Shown: one piece after another, positions 1 through 12,470 of the stretch | Layout of the letters: each line of letters begins with the position of its first letter | Position numbering within the stretch: position 1 is the first letter of the stretch | DNA from: Mobula hypostoma | Taxonomy: Eukaryota | Direction: 5' to 3' | Length of the DNA: 64,000 nucleotides | Assembly: GCF_963921235.1 (NCBI RefSeq) | Contig: NC_086097.1 | Coordinates: forward strand, 133,364,001-133,428,000 | Translations under genes and position numbers: made by a program | The notes under the pieces: generated by a model | Told to the model about the DNA's origin: nothing | Database searches by the model: none | The model's input: the letters and a program-made list of their open reading frames with translations, nothing else

Positions 1-711
1 TAAGAACAGGCAATCACCAGTCTTGAGTAGAGTACAAGCAGCAGGCTGAATTTATCTCAATTTGCCCCAGTTGTCTCATTCCTTTCTACCTCTTCCTCTT
101 TATATACCGATCTACCCCTTAAACCGATGTTATTCACACATGGTACCAAGTTAATACACCCAACACTCTGTAATGAGGCTTCTCCTGAATAATAAAAAAA
201 ACTATCTGATTTTGAACTTCTGTGGAACTTGGAGTGTTTTCTCTAAATCTATTTTATGAAACTGTTTCAGAATTATAATAATGAATTCCTCCAATATGTC
301 TTCTTCTGAGTGCCTCTTCTCAAAAGAGACACACAGCTTGTTCAGGCTCTCTGCAACAGATGTATGATTTGTGTACCTAGAGTCAGGTCACTGATTCTTT
401 TCAAGGCTTTCAAAGGTTTGTTAGTTTTCCATGCAAACTTAGCAAAATAGAAACATTTCAAAAATGAAGCAGTTCCTTATTAACTAATTTATTCATGCAA
501 GGGCACTGCAAGAACATTTAATATGTTTCGAGAATGTTTTTGCCCAAAAGTGCCACAAAAAACACAATTTTATTTTTTGCTTAGTGTACATAAATAAAAT
601 CATTTGTTTATTGCTATGCAAACTCTCAAGTCAATTGCTGTTGTAAGTATGTTGTGTCTGCTGCATTTTGCTGTCCATTTCCACCAAGTCACACATAATG
701 GAAAACCTTAC

Positions 712-912
712 CTGAATCAGTGATGAGGATAGGTTCCTGAAGTGGGATATCAGTTAATGTGACACTGTTTTTTAAAATCCGCGTCTTGGCTGGTTTGCGT
801 GGAAATCTTTTCTTAAGCTGCAAGTTTTTGAAGTGCGAAGCGATGTGACTTTTGCGATGCCCTGAGGTCCTGAACTTTTTGTCACAGTGTGGACAATCAA
901 ATGGTCTAGCTC
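712..912 (-). CDS. ZNF236: ZNF236 coding exon (inferred exon 11), one C2H2 finger; not in the ORF track
   Basis: gattag|GA GCT AGA CCA ... GAT TCA G|gtaag, 201 nt. [28 protein letters not shown]...[13 protein letters not shown]. Confidence 0.94.
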
Positions 913-1787
913 CTAATCACATGGATAGAAGATCGATAGAAAAATAGAATTGAAATATCTGTACAACATGCAGTATTAGTACAAATCTGGGGTGAGTAAA
1001 CAAAAATCATTCCCTTTCAACTGCACATTTTACTCCAAGAACCTTAGAATTTTAGGAGTGTTCCAAAGCACATTCAATCTATATATTTTTTTAAAATCAT
1101 GGTTTCTCTGCAGGCTGCAATGGCAGAGGTGAATATAATTTCTCAACATGGAACAAAAATGCTCAATTCTTTGTCTGTACTTGAGTCAGATGATCTTGAC
1201 CAGAGCAGCAAATAATAACTTCAACGTGGATGCCTACATGGGAGCTTGAAAATAAAATATTCCCTCAGAATTTTATGAGTCTGCCCAAGATCTAATAAAG
1301 TTTTGTGGAAAGCGTATATTCATTTTCAACCAGACTGAATTCCCCACTACACTGGGCGAAGAAAAACAAAAGCATCTTCTATCTATGGCTGAAGCAACCT
1401 ATAATTCCTTTGCACATGCATTAAGTCCCGGCCGTAAACTAGACTTAATCTGAGAAACTATAGAAACCAAACTACAGAGTGTAAGTAACTTGCTAAGTAT
1501 AAAGATACAGATTTCACAGGACAAGCTGACTTACCCTATCCCTGTAGCTACAAAGTTTTATAAACATTGCCTTAAGCTGTTTGAGCTTATAAACTATATA
1601 GACACAGTCTGGATTGACCTCCCTTGGATTTCCCTTTTCCTCCCATGATTTAGCACCAGATCAACGAGGCTGGAGATTAGAGGTGCCAGGTATGGCTATG
1701 TCAACTTGTTGTTCAAAGCCCTCTTTAAAGGATGTATCTGGATTAGCATTACAATATTCTAAATAGACCCAGGAGTTACAAAGGTAC

Positions 1788-2060
1788 CTGTATGTAGCCG
1801 AAGATGAACTTTTAGACTCCCTTGAGTGGAAAACATCTTTGCACACATGGGACATCGGAATTCCTTGATGCCAGTGTGAGTCTTCATATGCGCAGTAAGG
1901 GTGCTTTTTACAGCAAAAGCCCGGAAACACTGAGTGCATTTGTAGGGCTTTTCATGTGTGTGGATACGAATATGTCGTACTAGATCACTGGGCTTTTTAA
2001 ATTCTTTAGTGCAATATGTACACATGTGCCACCTAATTCCATTCACACGGCGGACAGACC
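1788..2060 (-). CDS. ZNF236: ZNF236 coding exon (inferred exon 10), three C2H2 fingers
   Basis: tttacag|GG TCT GTC ... CAT ACA G|gtacc, 273 nt. [29 protein letters not shown]...[10 protein letters not shown]. Confidence 0.95.
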
Positions 2061-2521
2061 CTGTAAACAGAATTATAATAATTAAATATTTACAATAACT
2101 CACTGATATAAAATGTACTTACCCTCACTAAATCTACTCCATTCTGAGTTCAGGAATAATTTTATAATCTTCCATTATCAGCAAAATGACAAAAGTGTGA
2201 AAGTAAGTACATTTATCTTGGACAATTTCAACACCATTCAATCCTAACTTTATGTTACTACAGTATTTCATATTTTCAATCCAAAAGATTTGCAGACTTG
2301 TATACAGCATGTGTGTTAAAAGTCTACATCTTCCAAACTCTAATGTTAAGAATTGCTGCACCCTGCTCCATCACTAGAAACCTCCCTTGAAGACAATCAG
2401 CAAATGGTAGTTAAGAAAAATACAAAAGTACAATTCAGTTCCAATAATCAGACTCAAATAGAGAAACCATCATGTGGCAAAGAGGAGAAAGGCACACATG
2501 CAACAAGATCAATAATTAATC

Positions 2522-2786
2522 AACACACATAAAAGTTGCTGGTGAACGCAGCAGGCCAGGCAGCATCTCTACGAAGAGGTACAGTCGACGTTTTGGGCCG
2601 AGATCCTTTGTCAGGACTAACTGAAGGAAGAGTTAGTAAGAGATTTGAAAGTGGGAGGAGGAGGGGGAGATCCAAAATGATAGGAGAAGACAGGAGGGGG
2701 AGGGATGGAGCCAAGAGCCGCGTTCACCAGCAACTTTTATGTGTGTTGCTTGAAATTCCAGCATCTGCAGATTTCCTTGTGTTTGC
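2522..2786. mobile_element. Penelope-like element terminal fragment with internal inversion and decayed hammerhead
   Basis: Same sequence family as 60046-60280. 2521-2549 is inverted relative to 2720-2749. Flanked by the near-duplicate ATCAATAATTAATC / ATCAATAACTAGTC. Confidence 0.8.
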
Positions 2787-3452
2787 ATCAATAACTAGTC
2801 TTTCATTTATTCATTAATTGTTTTAAAGTAAGAATCAGTCTTAAAATAAGATACATTGAGCCATTCACTGGTTACATTCCTGCAACCGTTGCTAACTCCA
2901 ATATTCAGTACCATGATCCTAATAAATACCATCAGTCAAACATGTATATGATTTATAAAGAACACCTTTGTAGCTGTTACGCTTGAGGATCATGTTACAG
3001 AACATTGGAAATAGATGGCAATGGGGAAAAACTGAGCTGCAGTTATACACATTTTAACTGCACCAAGGAACTACCAAGACTCTGCCCTTAGCCCAGTCAT
3101 CTGGCTATACCTAACCACTTAGAAAATGACATCTTGGATCCTGCTGAAAGACTCTTTATCAAGTACTTGTAGGAAATCTCCAACACATCAGTTCCTCCTT
3201 ATACTTATGAATATAGAGTCACAGAACACTACAACACAGAATCAGTCCCTTTGGCCCATCCAGTCTGTGCCAAGCTATTAATTTGCCAAGTCCCATCGGC
3301 CTGGACCCAGAACATAACCCTCCACACCCCTCAGAACCATGTACTTAATCAAAACCTATTTTAAATGTTGAAGTTGAACCCACATCCACCACTTCCACTG
3401 CCAGCTCGTACCAACCTCAGTGAAAAAAGCCTGCTTACATTTACACTATCTA

Positions 3453-4925
3453 CAGTGCCTATAAAAAGTTATCACCCCCTATAAAACAGGCCTAGAAAAA
3501 GCTTTCATGTTTCATTGGTTTACAGCATTGAATCACAGTGGATTTAATTTGGTTTTATTGACACTGATCAACAGAAAAAGACTAGTGCTGAAGTGAAAAC
3601 AGATCTCTAGAAAGTGATCTAAATTAATTACAAATATAAAACACAAAATACTTGATTACGCAAGCATTCACTCCCTTTAATATGAAACACCCAAACACTG
3701 TTGAGTAAGTATCCTGTCAAAAACTACACCAAGACAACAAAAGAACATTCCAAGCAACTACGCAAAAATGTTATTGAAAAGCACAAGTCAGGAGATGGGT
3801 ACAAGAAAATGTCCAAGTCACTAAATATTCCTTGGTGTACAGGTAAATCAATCAAGAAATGGAAAGAATATGGCACAGCTATAAACCTAGAGCTGGCTGT
3901 CCTCAAAAACTGAGAGACCGTGCAAGAAGGGGACTGGTGATGGAGGCCAAGAGACCTATGACAACTCTGGAGAAGTTACAAGCTTCAGTAGCTGACATGG
4001 GAGAGACTGTACATACAACAACTGTTGCCCAGGTGCTTCACCAGTCACAGCTTTATGGGAGAGTGGCAAAGAGAAAGCCACTGTTGAAAAAAAATACTCA
4101 CATGACATGTCGGCTAGTGTGTGTCTGAAGTCAGTTGGGAGGTTCTATGGTCTGATGAAACCAAAATTGAGCTTTTTGGCCATCAAACTAAATGCTATGT
4201 TTGGCATAAGCCAAACACCACACATCAAAAACAGCCATCCATCCCTACCATGAAGCATGGTGGTGGCTGCATCATGCTGTGGGGATGCTTCACTGCAACA
4301 GGCCCTGGAAGGCTTGTGAAGGTAAAAGGTAAAATTAATGCAGCAAAATACAAGGAAATCCTGGAGGAAAACATGATGCAGTCTGCAAGAGAACTGCGAC
4401 TTGGGAGATGATTTGTTTTCTAGCAAGACAATAACCCCAAGCATAAAGCTAAAACTACAAAGGAATGGCTTAAAAACAACAAAGTTAATGCCCTGGAGTG
4501 GCCAAGTCAGATTCCAGAACTCAATCCAATTAAGATTTGTGCTGGACTTGAAAAGGGCTGTACTCACGATCCCCATGCAAGCTGACAGAGCTCAAGCAGT
4601 TTTGTAAAGAAGAATGGGGAAAAATTGCAGTGTCCAGATGTGCAAAGCTGATACAGACCTATCCACACAGACTCAAGGCTATAATTGCCAACAAAGGTGC
4701 ATCTATTAAATACTGACTTGAACCTGTGCAATCAACTGTTTTGTGTTTTATATTTGTAATTAATTTAGATCACTTTGTTTTCATCACTTTGGCATGAAAG
4801 GTTCTTTTTCTGTTGATCAGTATCAAAAAAAGCCAAATTAAATCCATCGTGATTCAATGTTGTAAAACAATAAAACATGAAAACTTGCGGGTGGGGGGGG
4901 CATTGAATACTTTTTATAGGCATTG
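3453..4925 (+). mobile_element. Tc1-like DNA transposon with ~200-bp TIRs and disrupted transposase
   Basis: TA|CAGTGCCTATAAAAAGT ... ACTTTTTATAGGCATTG|TA, with long inverted arms. Frameshifted transposase ~3730-4716 with HKSGDGYKK, WSDETKIELFG, KHGGGCIMLWGCF, QDNNPKH, WPSQ and KGASIKY*. Confidence 0.93.
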
Positions 4926-5851
4926 TATGCCCTACATAATTTTGTATACTTGTATCACATCCCCCCCCAATTCCCCTACGCTCCAGGGAATGAAGTCCTA
5001 ACCTATTCGACCTTTCCCTATAGCTTAGGTCCCCAAATCCTGGCAACATTCTCCACATTCTTTTAATCTTATTGATAACCTTCCTGTAGGTAGATGACCA
5101 GAATTGCACACAATACCACAAATAAGGCCTCACCAAAGTTTTATATAAATTTCACCATAAAATCCCAATCCCTGTATTCAATACTATGACTCATGAAGGT
5201 CCATGCACTAAAAGCGCTCTTTATGACCCTATCTACCTGTGATGCCACCAACAAATAATTATTCTCAGATACCTTTATTCTAATGCACTCCTCAGTGCCC
5301 TGCTAGTCACCATGTAAGTTCTACTCTGGTTTGTCTTCACAAAGTGCAACATCTCACACTTATCTGCATTAAACTCCATCTGCCATTTCTCAGCCCATTT
5401 TTTCAGCTGATGCACATCCCACTGCAAGCTTTGATAGCCTTTCTCGTTATCCACTATGCCCCAAGTCTTTGCGTGAACCACAAATTTGCTGCTCCAGTTT
5501 ACTACATTATCATCCAAGTCGCTGATGTAGATGACAAACAACAATGGACCCTGCAGTGATCCCTACAAAACTCCACTAGTAACAAGCCTTCAGTCAGAGA
5601 GGCAACAATCTACTGTTACCCTCTGGCTTTTCCCACGAAGTCAATGTCTAATCCAATTTACTACCTCATCTTGAATGCCAACCTTCCATGCCAGACCTTA
5701 TCAAAGTCCATGTAGACAACATCCACTGCCTTGCCTTCATCAACATTCCTGGTAACTTACTCTATAAGGTTGGTTAGATATGGCCTACCATGCCCAAAGC
5801 CATGTTGACTATCTCTAATCAGTCCTGGTCTATCCTGTTGCTTATATATCT

Positions 5852-6048
5852 GGCCAGGCATCATTCACGGAAAAGAGTAAACAGTCGACATTTTGGGCCT
5901 AGACCCTTCATGAGTCCTGATGAAGGATCTCAGCCCAAAACATCAACTGTTTACTCTTTTCCATTGCTTGCTGCCTGGCCTGCTGAGTCCCTCCAGCATT
6001 TTATAGGTGATGCTTGGATTTTCATCATCGGCAGATTTTCTCCTGTTT
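5852..6048. repeat. Penelope-derived inverted repeat (hairpin) inserted in CR1
   Basis: GGCCAGGCA..GGAAAAGAGTAAACAGTCGACATTTTGGGC mirrors GCCCAAAACATCAACTGTTTACTCTTTTCC..TGCCTGGCC. Decayed hammerhead motif at the centre. Confidence 0.75.
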
Positions 6049-6944
6049 GTACTTGTATATCTGATCCCTTAGAATACCTTGCAATAACTTCTAATAACGT
6101 ACCCACCACTGTTGTTAGGCACATTGCCCTATAATTACCTGGCTTATTTTTAGAACCCTTCTTAAACAATGGAACAACATCAGCTATTCACCAATCTTCT
6201 GGAACCTCACCTGTTGCTAAGGACATCTTAAGTATCTGCAATAATAAAATACCCACATTTCTGCACTACGGAACATCTTGTCAGGCCCTACAGATTTATC
6301 CACCCTAATTTGCCTCAAGACAGCAAACCTCTCCTCTTCTGTAATCTGTAGTGTTCTGGTGCAGTGTGTTGAAACTCTGACTAAACACCAAGTTAAACTG
6401 GAGCCAATGAAGACAGAGTCGTAGTAAGGTTAACCATTTACTGTTCACTCTTCCACATTAACATCGTATGGTGAAAACTGCTGATAAAAAAAATACAAAC
6501 ATATACAGCGTCTGTTTCATTCTGGAGACCACGCACGCTCTCTTCTTTCAGCGAGTGTCTCCAGCCACCCCGAGTAGCGGGCGAGGAGGGTCCCGTCAAA
6601 CCGCCGCCAGGCCCTAGCCCATGCTGTGTTTGAAATTGAAAAGCCGACACGTGCGCCACCCAAACCGCCGCTTCCTTAACAGAAACCGCATTAATATTTT
6701 TACTTCAAATACTTTCGTAGGAACTTACGGCGCTGCTTCTATAATGTTTCTTTGTGGGTTTACACAGAGCTCTTCACAATCACCTTCCCGAGTCGAAGGT
6801 TACACATAAGACACGGCGAAACCGGAGGTGACGTCATCACATGCCGCAATATACCATAGACAATGAATTTACCTTTGTTATACTGTAACTTAATTATCAA
6901 CCTTTAACTTTAACTAGAAAATAGTTTAAAACAAATCATTTAAG

Positions 6945-7647
6945 CTTTAAATTCCTCGGGGTCAATACCACAAATGACCTGACTTGGTCCAACCAAGCAG
7001 AGTCCGCTGCCAAGAAGGCCCACCAGCGCCTTAACTTTCTGAGAAAACTAAAGAAATTTGGCCTGTCCCCTAAAACCCTCACTGATTTTTATAGATGCAC
7101 TGTAGAAAGCATTCTTCTAGGATGGAAGTTGTCCTGTCCAAGACCAGAAGAAGCTGCAGAAGATTGTGAACACAGCACAGCACATCACACAAACCAATCT
7201 TCTGTGCTTGGACTCACGTTACACCGCACGCTGTCGGAGCAGTACTGCCAGGATAACCAAGGACACGACACACCCAGCCAACACACTTTTCGTCCCTCTT
7301 CCCTCCAGGAGAAGGCTCAGGAGCTTGAAGACTCGTACGGCCAGATTTGGGAACAGCTTCTTTCCAACTGTGATAAGACTGCTGAACGGATCCTGACCCG
7401 GATCTGGGCCGTACCCTCCAAATATCCGGACCTGCCTCTCGGTTTTTTCGCACTACCTCACTTTCCATTTTTCTATTTTCTATTTATGATTTAAAACTTA
7501 AATTTTTAATATTTACTAATTTTTACTATTTTAAATATTTTTAATATTTAATATTTGTAATCCAGGGAGCAGAAAGCGCAGAATCAAATATCGCTGTGAT
7601 GATTGTACGTTCTAGTATCAATTGTTTGGTGACAATAAAGTATAAAG
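6945..7647 (+). mobile_element. Rex/Babar-type LINE 3' fragment inserted in the BEL 3' LTR
   Basis: FKFLGV..LTWS..KKAHQRLNFLRKLKKF..DTTHPANTLF..RFGNSFFPTVIRLLN, then AATAAAG TATAAAG tail. Absent from the other LTR. Confidence 0.85.
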
Positions 7648-7759
7648 GACTTAAAACGTAGACCCAACAAAGTCAAATAAATGCCTTAAGAGCAACACAC
7701 TCCCCGCCTGACCTTTGTAAGGTCACTGTAAACATGGTATAGAACTTTAGTCTCTAGAT

Positions 7760-10409
7760 CAGTCTTCAGGTAGAAGTAGAACGACCTCTGTAACTGGCAT
7801 CAGGTTTTCTTTTCAGAGTTCATTGTAAAGATGTGAACCAGTTGACTGCCTGCTCTTTGTTGTTTGGCAAGACTGGCATTGTTCTCTGAACAGTAGTGGG
7901 GTGATCCAGTTGTTTGCTTCATCTCTAAAAACCTTTGTGTCCATTATTTTTAAGAAGATGGCGTCTGCCACTGATGGAGCAACTTTATTATCGTGCTTAG
8001 TTTGAGCGAAGACTGACCGTCCCAGTGTCTTCTCAGTTACTTTACTATGCTCGTGGCTTTGTTGTGCTTCCTTGATACACATAACACTTGTGGAGGGCTG
8101 AGAAATTGAATGGAGGCCTCTTTCTAGTACGTTAGTCTTGAGCGTGTTAACTGTCAGTTTGTGTACGTTGCCAGGGCATACCTCTCCTATCACCACCCAG
8201 CCCAGATCCAGACATTGGGTGAAGGGGGCATTGTGTGGTCCATTGACCTGCTGCCTGACTTTGTGCACCCTAAGAACGTCTCTTCCGAGTAGCAGGAGTA
8301 TTTCTGCTTCCGGATCCAGTTCTGGGATGTGCTTGGCAATGTGGTGGAGATGAGGCTGGTGTAGAACTGCGCTTGGTGTCAGAATCTCGGATCGGTTATT
8401 CAAAATCTCATTGCACTCTAAGAGTGGAGGGGGACTGATGACGACTTTGCCATCCAGCGACTCAAGCTGGAAGCCTTCTGCCTTCCTGCCATATATTTCT
8501 GTGATGCCAGGGCAAGTTCTGAGGTAGTATGGGAATGGATTACCCTTTACGCTGAACAACTCGAAGAACTTTGGTCTCACTAGTGAGCAGTTGCTCTGGT
8601 CATCCAGAATTACATAGGCTTTGACGGCCTTGTCTTTGGCTCCCTTAGGGTATACCTTATTGAGCAGATCTTTGAGCACGAACGGCTCGATTTACCTGGA
8701 CTGCAAACTTCTATGCAGCTCGAGCTGACAATAGTTGTATCAGAGTGATGCTCTCCCTCCCCGCCATCCTCTTGTGGGAGTGGAGGAGCCTTGGCAGTTT
8801 GCAGTGACGGGCCAGGATGCATGGCTCCATCGTGATTAGTGCTGTTACATTCTGAGCACTTTACGGGGAATGTACACTCTTTGGCAAGGTGGGAGGTAGA
8901 GGAACAGCACTTAGAACATATTCTTTTTTCCTTGAGAAGGGCCTTTCTTTCATCAAAGGGTTTGTTTTGAAACATTCTACATTTTTCGAGGCGGTGGGGT
9001 TTGTTGTGCAATGGACAATTCTTGCTAGGGTCATCATTGATTGCGGAGACTTCAGTTTTATGCACTAAGACAGGTTTATTGATGACAAAATGGTTCAAAA
9101 TGGGCTTGACTGGCTTGGTGTGAGTTGTGGTGTTGCCTTGATTCATGAAGCTAGGGTCATTTAGCCTCTTCACCTCCTTGCACACAAACCTACTAAAATA
9201 CTCAAAGGGAGGGAATCGACCACCGTTCTCTTCCTTGTACTCTGAGCTAATAGACATTCATCTTTCCTGCAGCCCAAATGGAAGCTTGTCCACAATTGGT
9301 CCAACTCCGCGTGAGGTATCCAGATACAACAGGCCAGTTAAATAGCCGTCTTCTTTAGTACCTTGAATCTCCATGAGAAAATCTCCGAGTTCTCATAATT
9401 TAGTGGGGTCCTTGGCTGACACCCTAGGAAAATTGTCCAGCCGTTGAAATAGCGCCCTCTCAATAATTTCAGGGGCCGCATAGCACTCCTGCAGTCTCTC
9501 CCATGCATTGTGTAAGGCTGGCTTGGGGTTATTGACGTACACTGAGCATATGCGTTTCACCTGTTCACTTGATTCCTTTCCCAGCCATTTAGTCATAAGG
9601 TCCAACTCTTGGATTGCTGTGAGCTGGACTCTGCTGGTGGCGCTGGTGAATGAGGAGTACCACACACGGTAATTTTCAGGCTTATCGTCAAACTGGTACA
9701 GTCCTGAATTGACGAGGTCTCGTTGGGCTAAATACTGTGCCAAGGGTTCTGCTGCAGGTGGTGTGCTAGCTGGGGGAATATGCTGAGGAACATATGACTG
9801 AGCGTGTTCGTTCATGACGGGATTTGATGTTCTGTCTTCAGCCTTTGTCTCTGATCTCGCCGGATCTGGTAAGTTTGGTGTCGGGAAGTATTCGTAGTCA
9901 GCCCTTTCATACTTGAGTTTGTGGCAAGGGTGCAATTGTGAGTTGTCTTCCCCAGGTGGACGCGATGCAACGAAGCTTCCCTGTGATTTCACATGAGATG
10001 GGACGCCAACAGGCAAGTATGGAGAGGGAGAATGAATCTGCAGGTCGATTTGAGATTGGACATATTTGCTGGTGCGTTCCAATTTGGCCCTTTCTGACAT
10101 AGATTTTCCTGTTTCGTCTAGAACGTGCATTTCTTCAGCATTTTGCAACAGTTGTGCTTCCACCATGGCCACATCAGCTTCTCGTTGTAGCGTTAGCGCT
10201 TCTAACTCTGTATTTACCCTTGCCTTTTCCAACTGCTTTTCCACTTCTCTGGCAGCTTTTTCCATTTTCAGTTTTGCTTCTTGGTTAGCGTATGACGCTT
10301 GCACCTTGGCGGCTTCTGCTTTAGCTCTTGCGAGGGCAGTCACACTTGTCGACGTCTTACTGCTCTTGGCGCTGAGTGCAAGGGACTTGATGCTTGATCG
10401 CGAAGCCAT
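7760..10409 (-). pseudogene. BEL/Pao gag-protease polyprotein remnant
   Basis: ORFs 9393-10409, 8610-9257 (three zinc knuckles: CPLHNKPHRLEKC, CSKCCSSTSHLAKEC, CSECNSTNHDGAMH) and 7813-8679 (protease ILDDQSN, LLLLGRD, LGWVVIG), followed directly by the pol C-terminus PVTEVVLLLPED*. Confidence 0.85.
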
Positions 10410-11615
10410 CGTACCACTTGTCGAAACATCTAATGATTGCGCCTTTTCACTATAGTGTTCCTGTGCACTGTGTTGAAACTCTGACTAAACACCAAGTTAA
10501 ACTGGAGCCAATGAAGACAGAGTGGTAGTAAGGTTAACCATTTACTGTTCACTCTTCCACATTAACATCGTATGGTGAAAACTGTTGATAAAAAAATACA
10601 AACATATACAGCGTCTGTTTCATTCTGAAGACCACGCGCGCTCTCTTCTTTTAGCGAGAGTCTCCAGCCACCCCGAATAGCGGGCGAGGGGGTCCTGTCA
10701 AACCACCGCCAGGCCCAAGCCCACCCCGCGTTTGAAATTGAAAAGCCGACACGCGCGCCACCCGAACTGTCGCTTCCTTAACAGAAACCGCGTTAATATT
10801 TTTACTTCAAATACTTTCGTAGGAACTTATGGCGTTGCTTCTATAATGTTTCTTTGTGGGTAGAACGGAGCTCTTCACGATCATGCTGCATGCATGGCAC
10901 CCACCCTTACACCTTCCCGAACCGGAGGTTACACATAAGACACAGCGAAACCGGAGGTGACGTCATCACATGCCACAATATACCATAGACAATGAATTTA
11001 CCTTTAAACTGTAAATTAATTATCAACCTTTAACTTTAACTAGAAAATATTTACAAACAAATCATTTAAAACGTAGACCCAACAAAGTCAAATAAATGCC
11101 TTAAGGGCAACACAGTATATAATCCATGACCTCACTCCTATAACTCTTGTGTTCATCTCCTAAATAAACAGAGATCCATTTAAGATCTCCCCATCTCTTT
11201 CGACTCCATGCATAGATGACCACACTGATCTTCAAGAAGGCCAATTTCGTCCCCTGCTATTCTTTTGTTCTCACTATATCTGTCAAAGAAATTGGGATTC
11301 TCTTTCAACTTGTCTGATAGAGCAACCTCATGCCTTCTTTTAGCTCTCATGATTTCCTTAAGTGTTCTCTGACATTTTTTATATTCAAGTACATCATTTG
11401 TTCCTTCCTGCCTATACCTACTATGCACCTCCTCCTTTTTCTTAACCAGGGCCTCAATGGACTAAAGTTTGATAATTGCCCACAATAAATTAATGTAATT
11501 ACTCATTTGCCAGAAAATGTGGACAAATTTTACTATATTGGGTAATTATTTGCACAGTACTGGGTATAGATTTATGCTACCTTCAATAGCCCACTCAACC
11601 GCATTAAAGAAATAC

Positions 11616-12102
11616 AGGATTCCCCCGCCATCCGAAGGTAGAGCGCTCCCATGAAACGGTTCGTAAGCCGGAAAGTCGTAAAGCAAAGAAGCAATTACCA
11701 TTTATTTACATGGGAAAATTCTGTGAGCGTTCGCAGACCCAAAAATAACCTACCAAATCATGCCAAATAACACATAAAACCTAAAATAACAGTAACATAT
11801 AGTAAAAGCAGGAATGATATGATAAGTACACAGCCTATATAAAGTAAAAATACTTTTCCACAATCATGGCCGGCACTGTTCTCCATAGCGAAAATCTCAC
11901 GCAAGTGCTCTTGGCAGAAACACGGCGCAAGCGCTCTCCAGTAACCTTTAAGCTATGAAGCTACCAAATCATACCAAATAACACATGAAAACACACAGCC
12001 TATATAAAGTAGAAATAATGTATGTACAGTGTAGTATCACTTACGGGAATCGGGAAGACAGCACAAAGCACACTGATGATGGTGTGTTAGACTGAGTCGT
12101 CG
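11616..12102. mobile_element. Truncated Tigger/pogo-like element (same family as 43250-44801)
   Basis: TA|CAGGATTCCCCCGCCATCCGAAGG end, collinear with 43250-43730. Confidence 0.75.
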
Positions 12103-12470
12103 GACTCACACCACCAGGGTCAAGAGTAGTTACTACTCCACAACTAACAGGCTCTTGAACAAAAGAGGATAACTACACTCACTTGCTCATCCACTGAGGT
12201 GTTCCCACAACCAATGATCTCACTTTAAGCACCTTATCTTGTTCTTTCATGTACTCAAATTTATTGCTATTTATTTATATTTGTTTTTGCACAGTTTGTT
12301 GTCTTCTACACAATGGTTGAATGCTCTAGTTGAGAGGACTTTCATTGATTCTGTCACTGTTACTATTCTATAGATTTGATGAGTATGCCCACAAGAAAAT
12401 GAATCTCAGGGTTTTGTGTGGTGAGATATATATACACACACTTGATAATAAAATTTACTTTGAGCTTTGA
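12103..12470 (+). mobile_element. Rex/Babar-type LINE 3' end fragment
   Basis: Shares the 3' UTR (CACAAGAAAATGAATCTCAGGG...AATTTACTTTGA) with 44804-45125 and 55434-55718. Confidence 0.65.

Larger units (their letters stand above)
6347..11114 (-). mobile_element. BEL/Pao LTR retrotransposon, internally deleted
   Basis: Two LTRs: 5' LTR 10451-11114 and 3' LTR 6347-7699 (interrupted), reading TGTGTTGC...CTACA on minus (CTATA in the 5' LTR). PPT CAGGCGGGGAG precedes the 3' LTR. gag/protease ORFs present. No clean TSD. Confidence 0.9.
3215..11460 (-). mobile_element. Decayed CR1-type LINE split by Tc1, Penelope-hairpin and BEL insertions
   Basis: RT remnants on the minus strand (VRPYLWYCVQFWS, KWAEKWQMEFNADKC, PGNYRAMCLT, KENPNFFDRY). 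CR1 sequence rejoins across 3452/4926 and 6346/11115. Outer ends approximate. Confidence 0.8.

Noticed and set aside
1661..1939. 92-aa ORF overlapping inferred exon 10
   Set aside because: Alternative frame of the zinc-finger exon running into the intron; no independent support.
6341..6351. TSD of the BEL element
   Set aside because: Flanks GTAATC and GTATAT do not match. A CTGTA/CAGTA alternative requires shifting the LTR ends, so no TSD is claimed.
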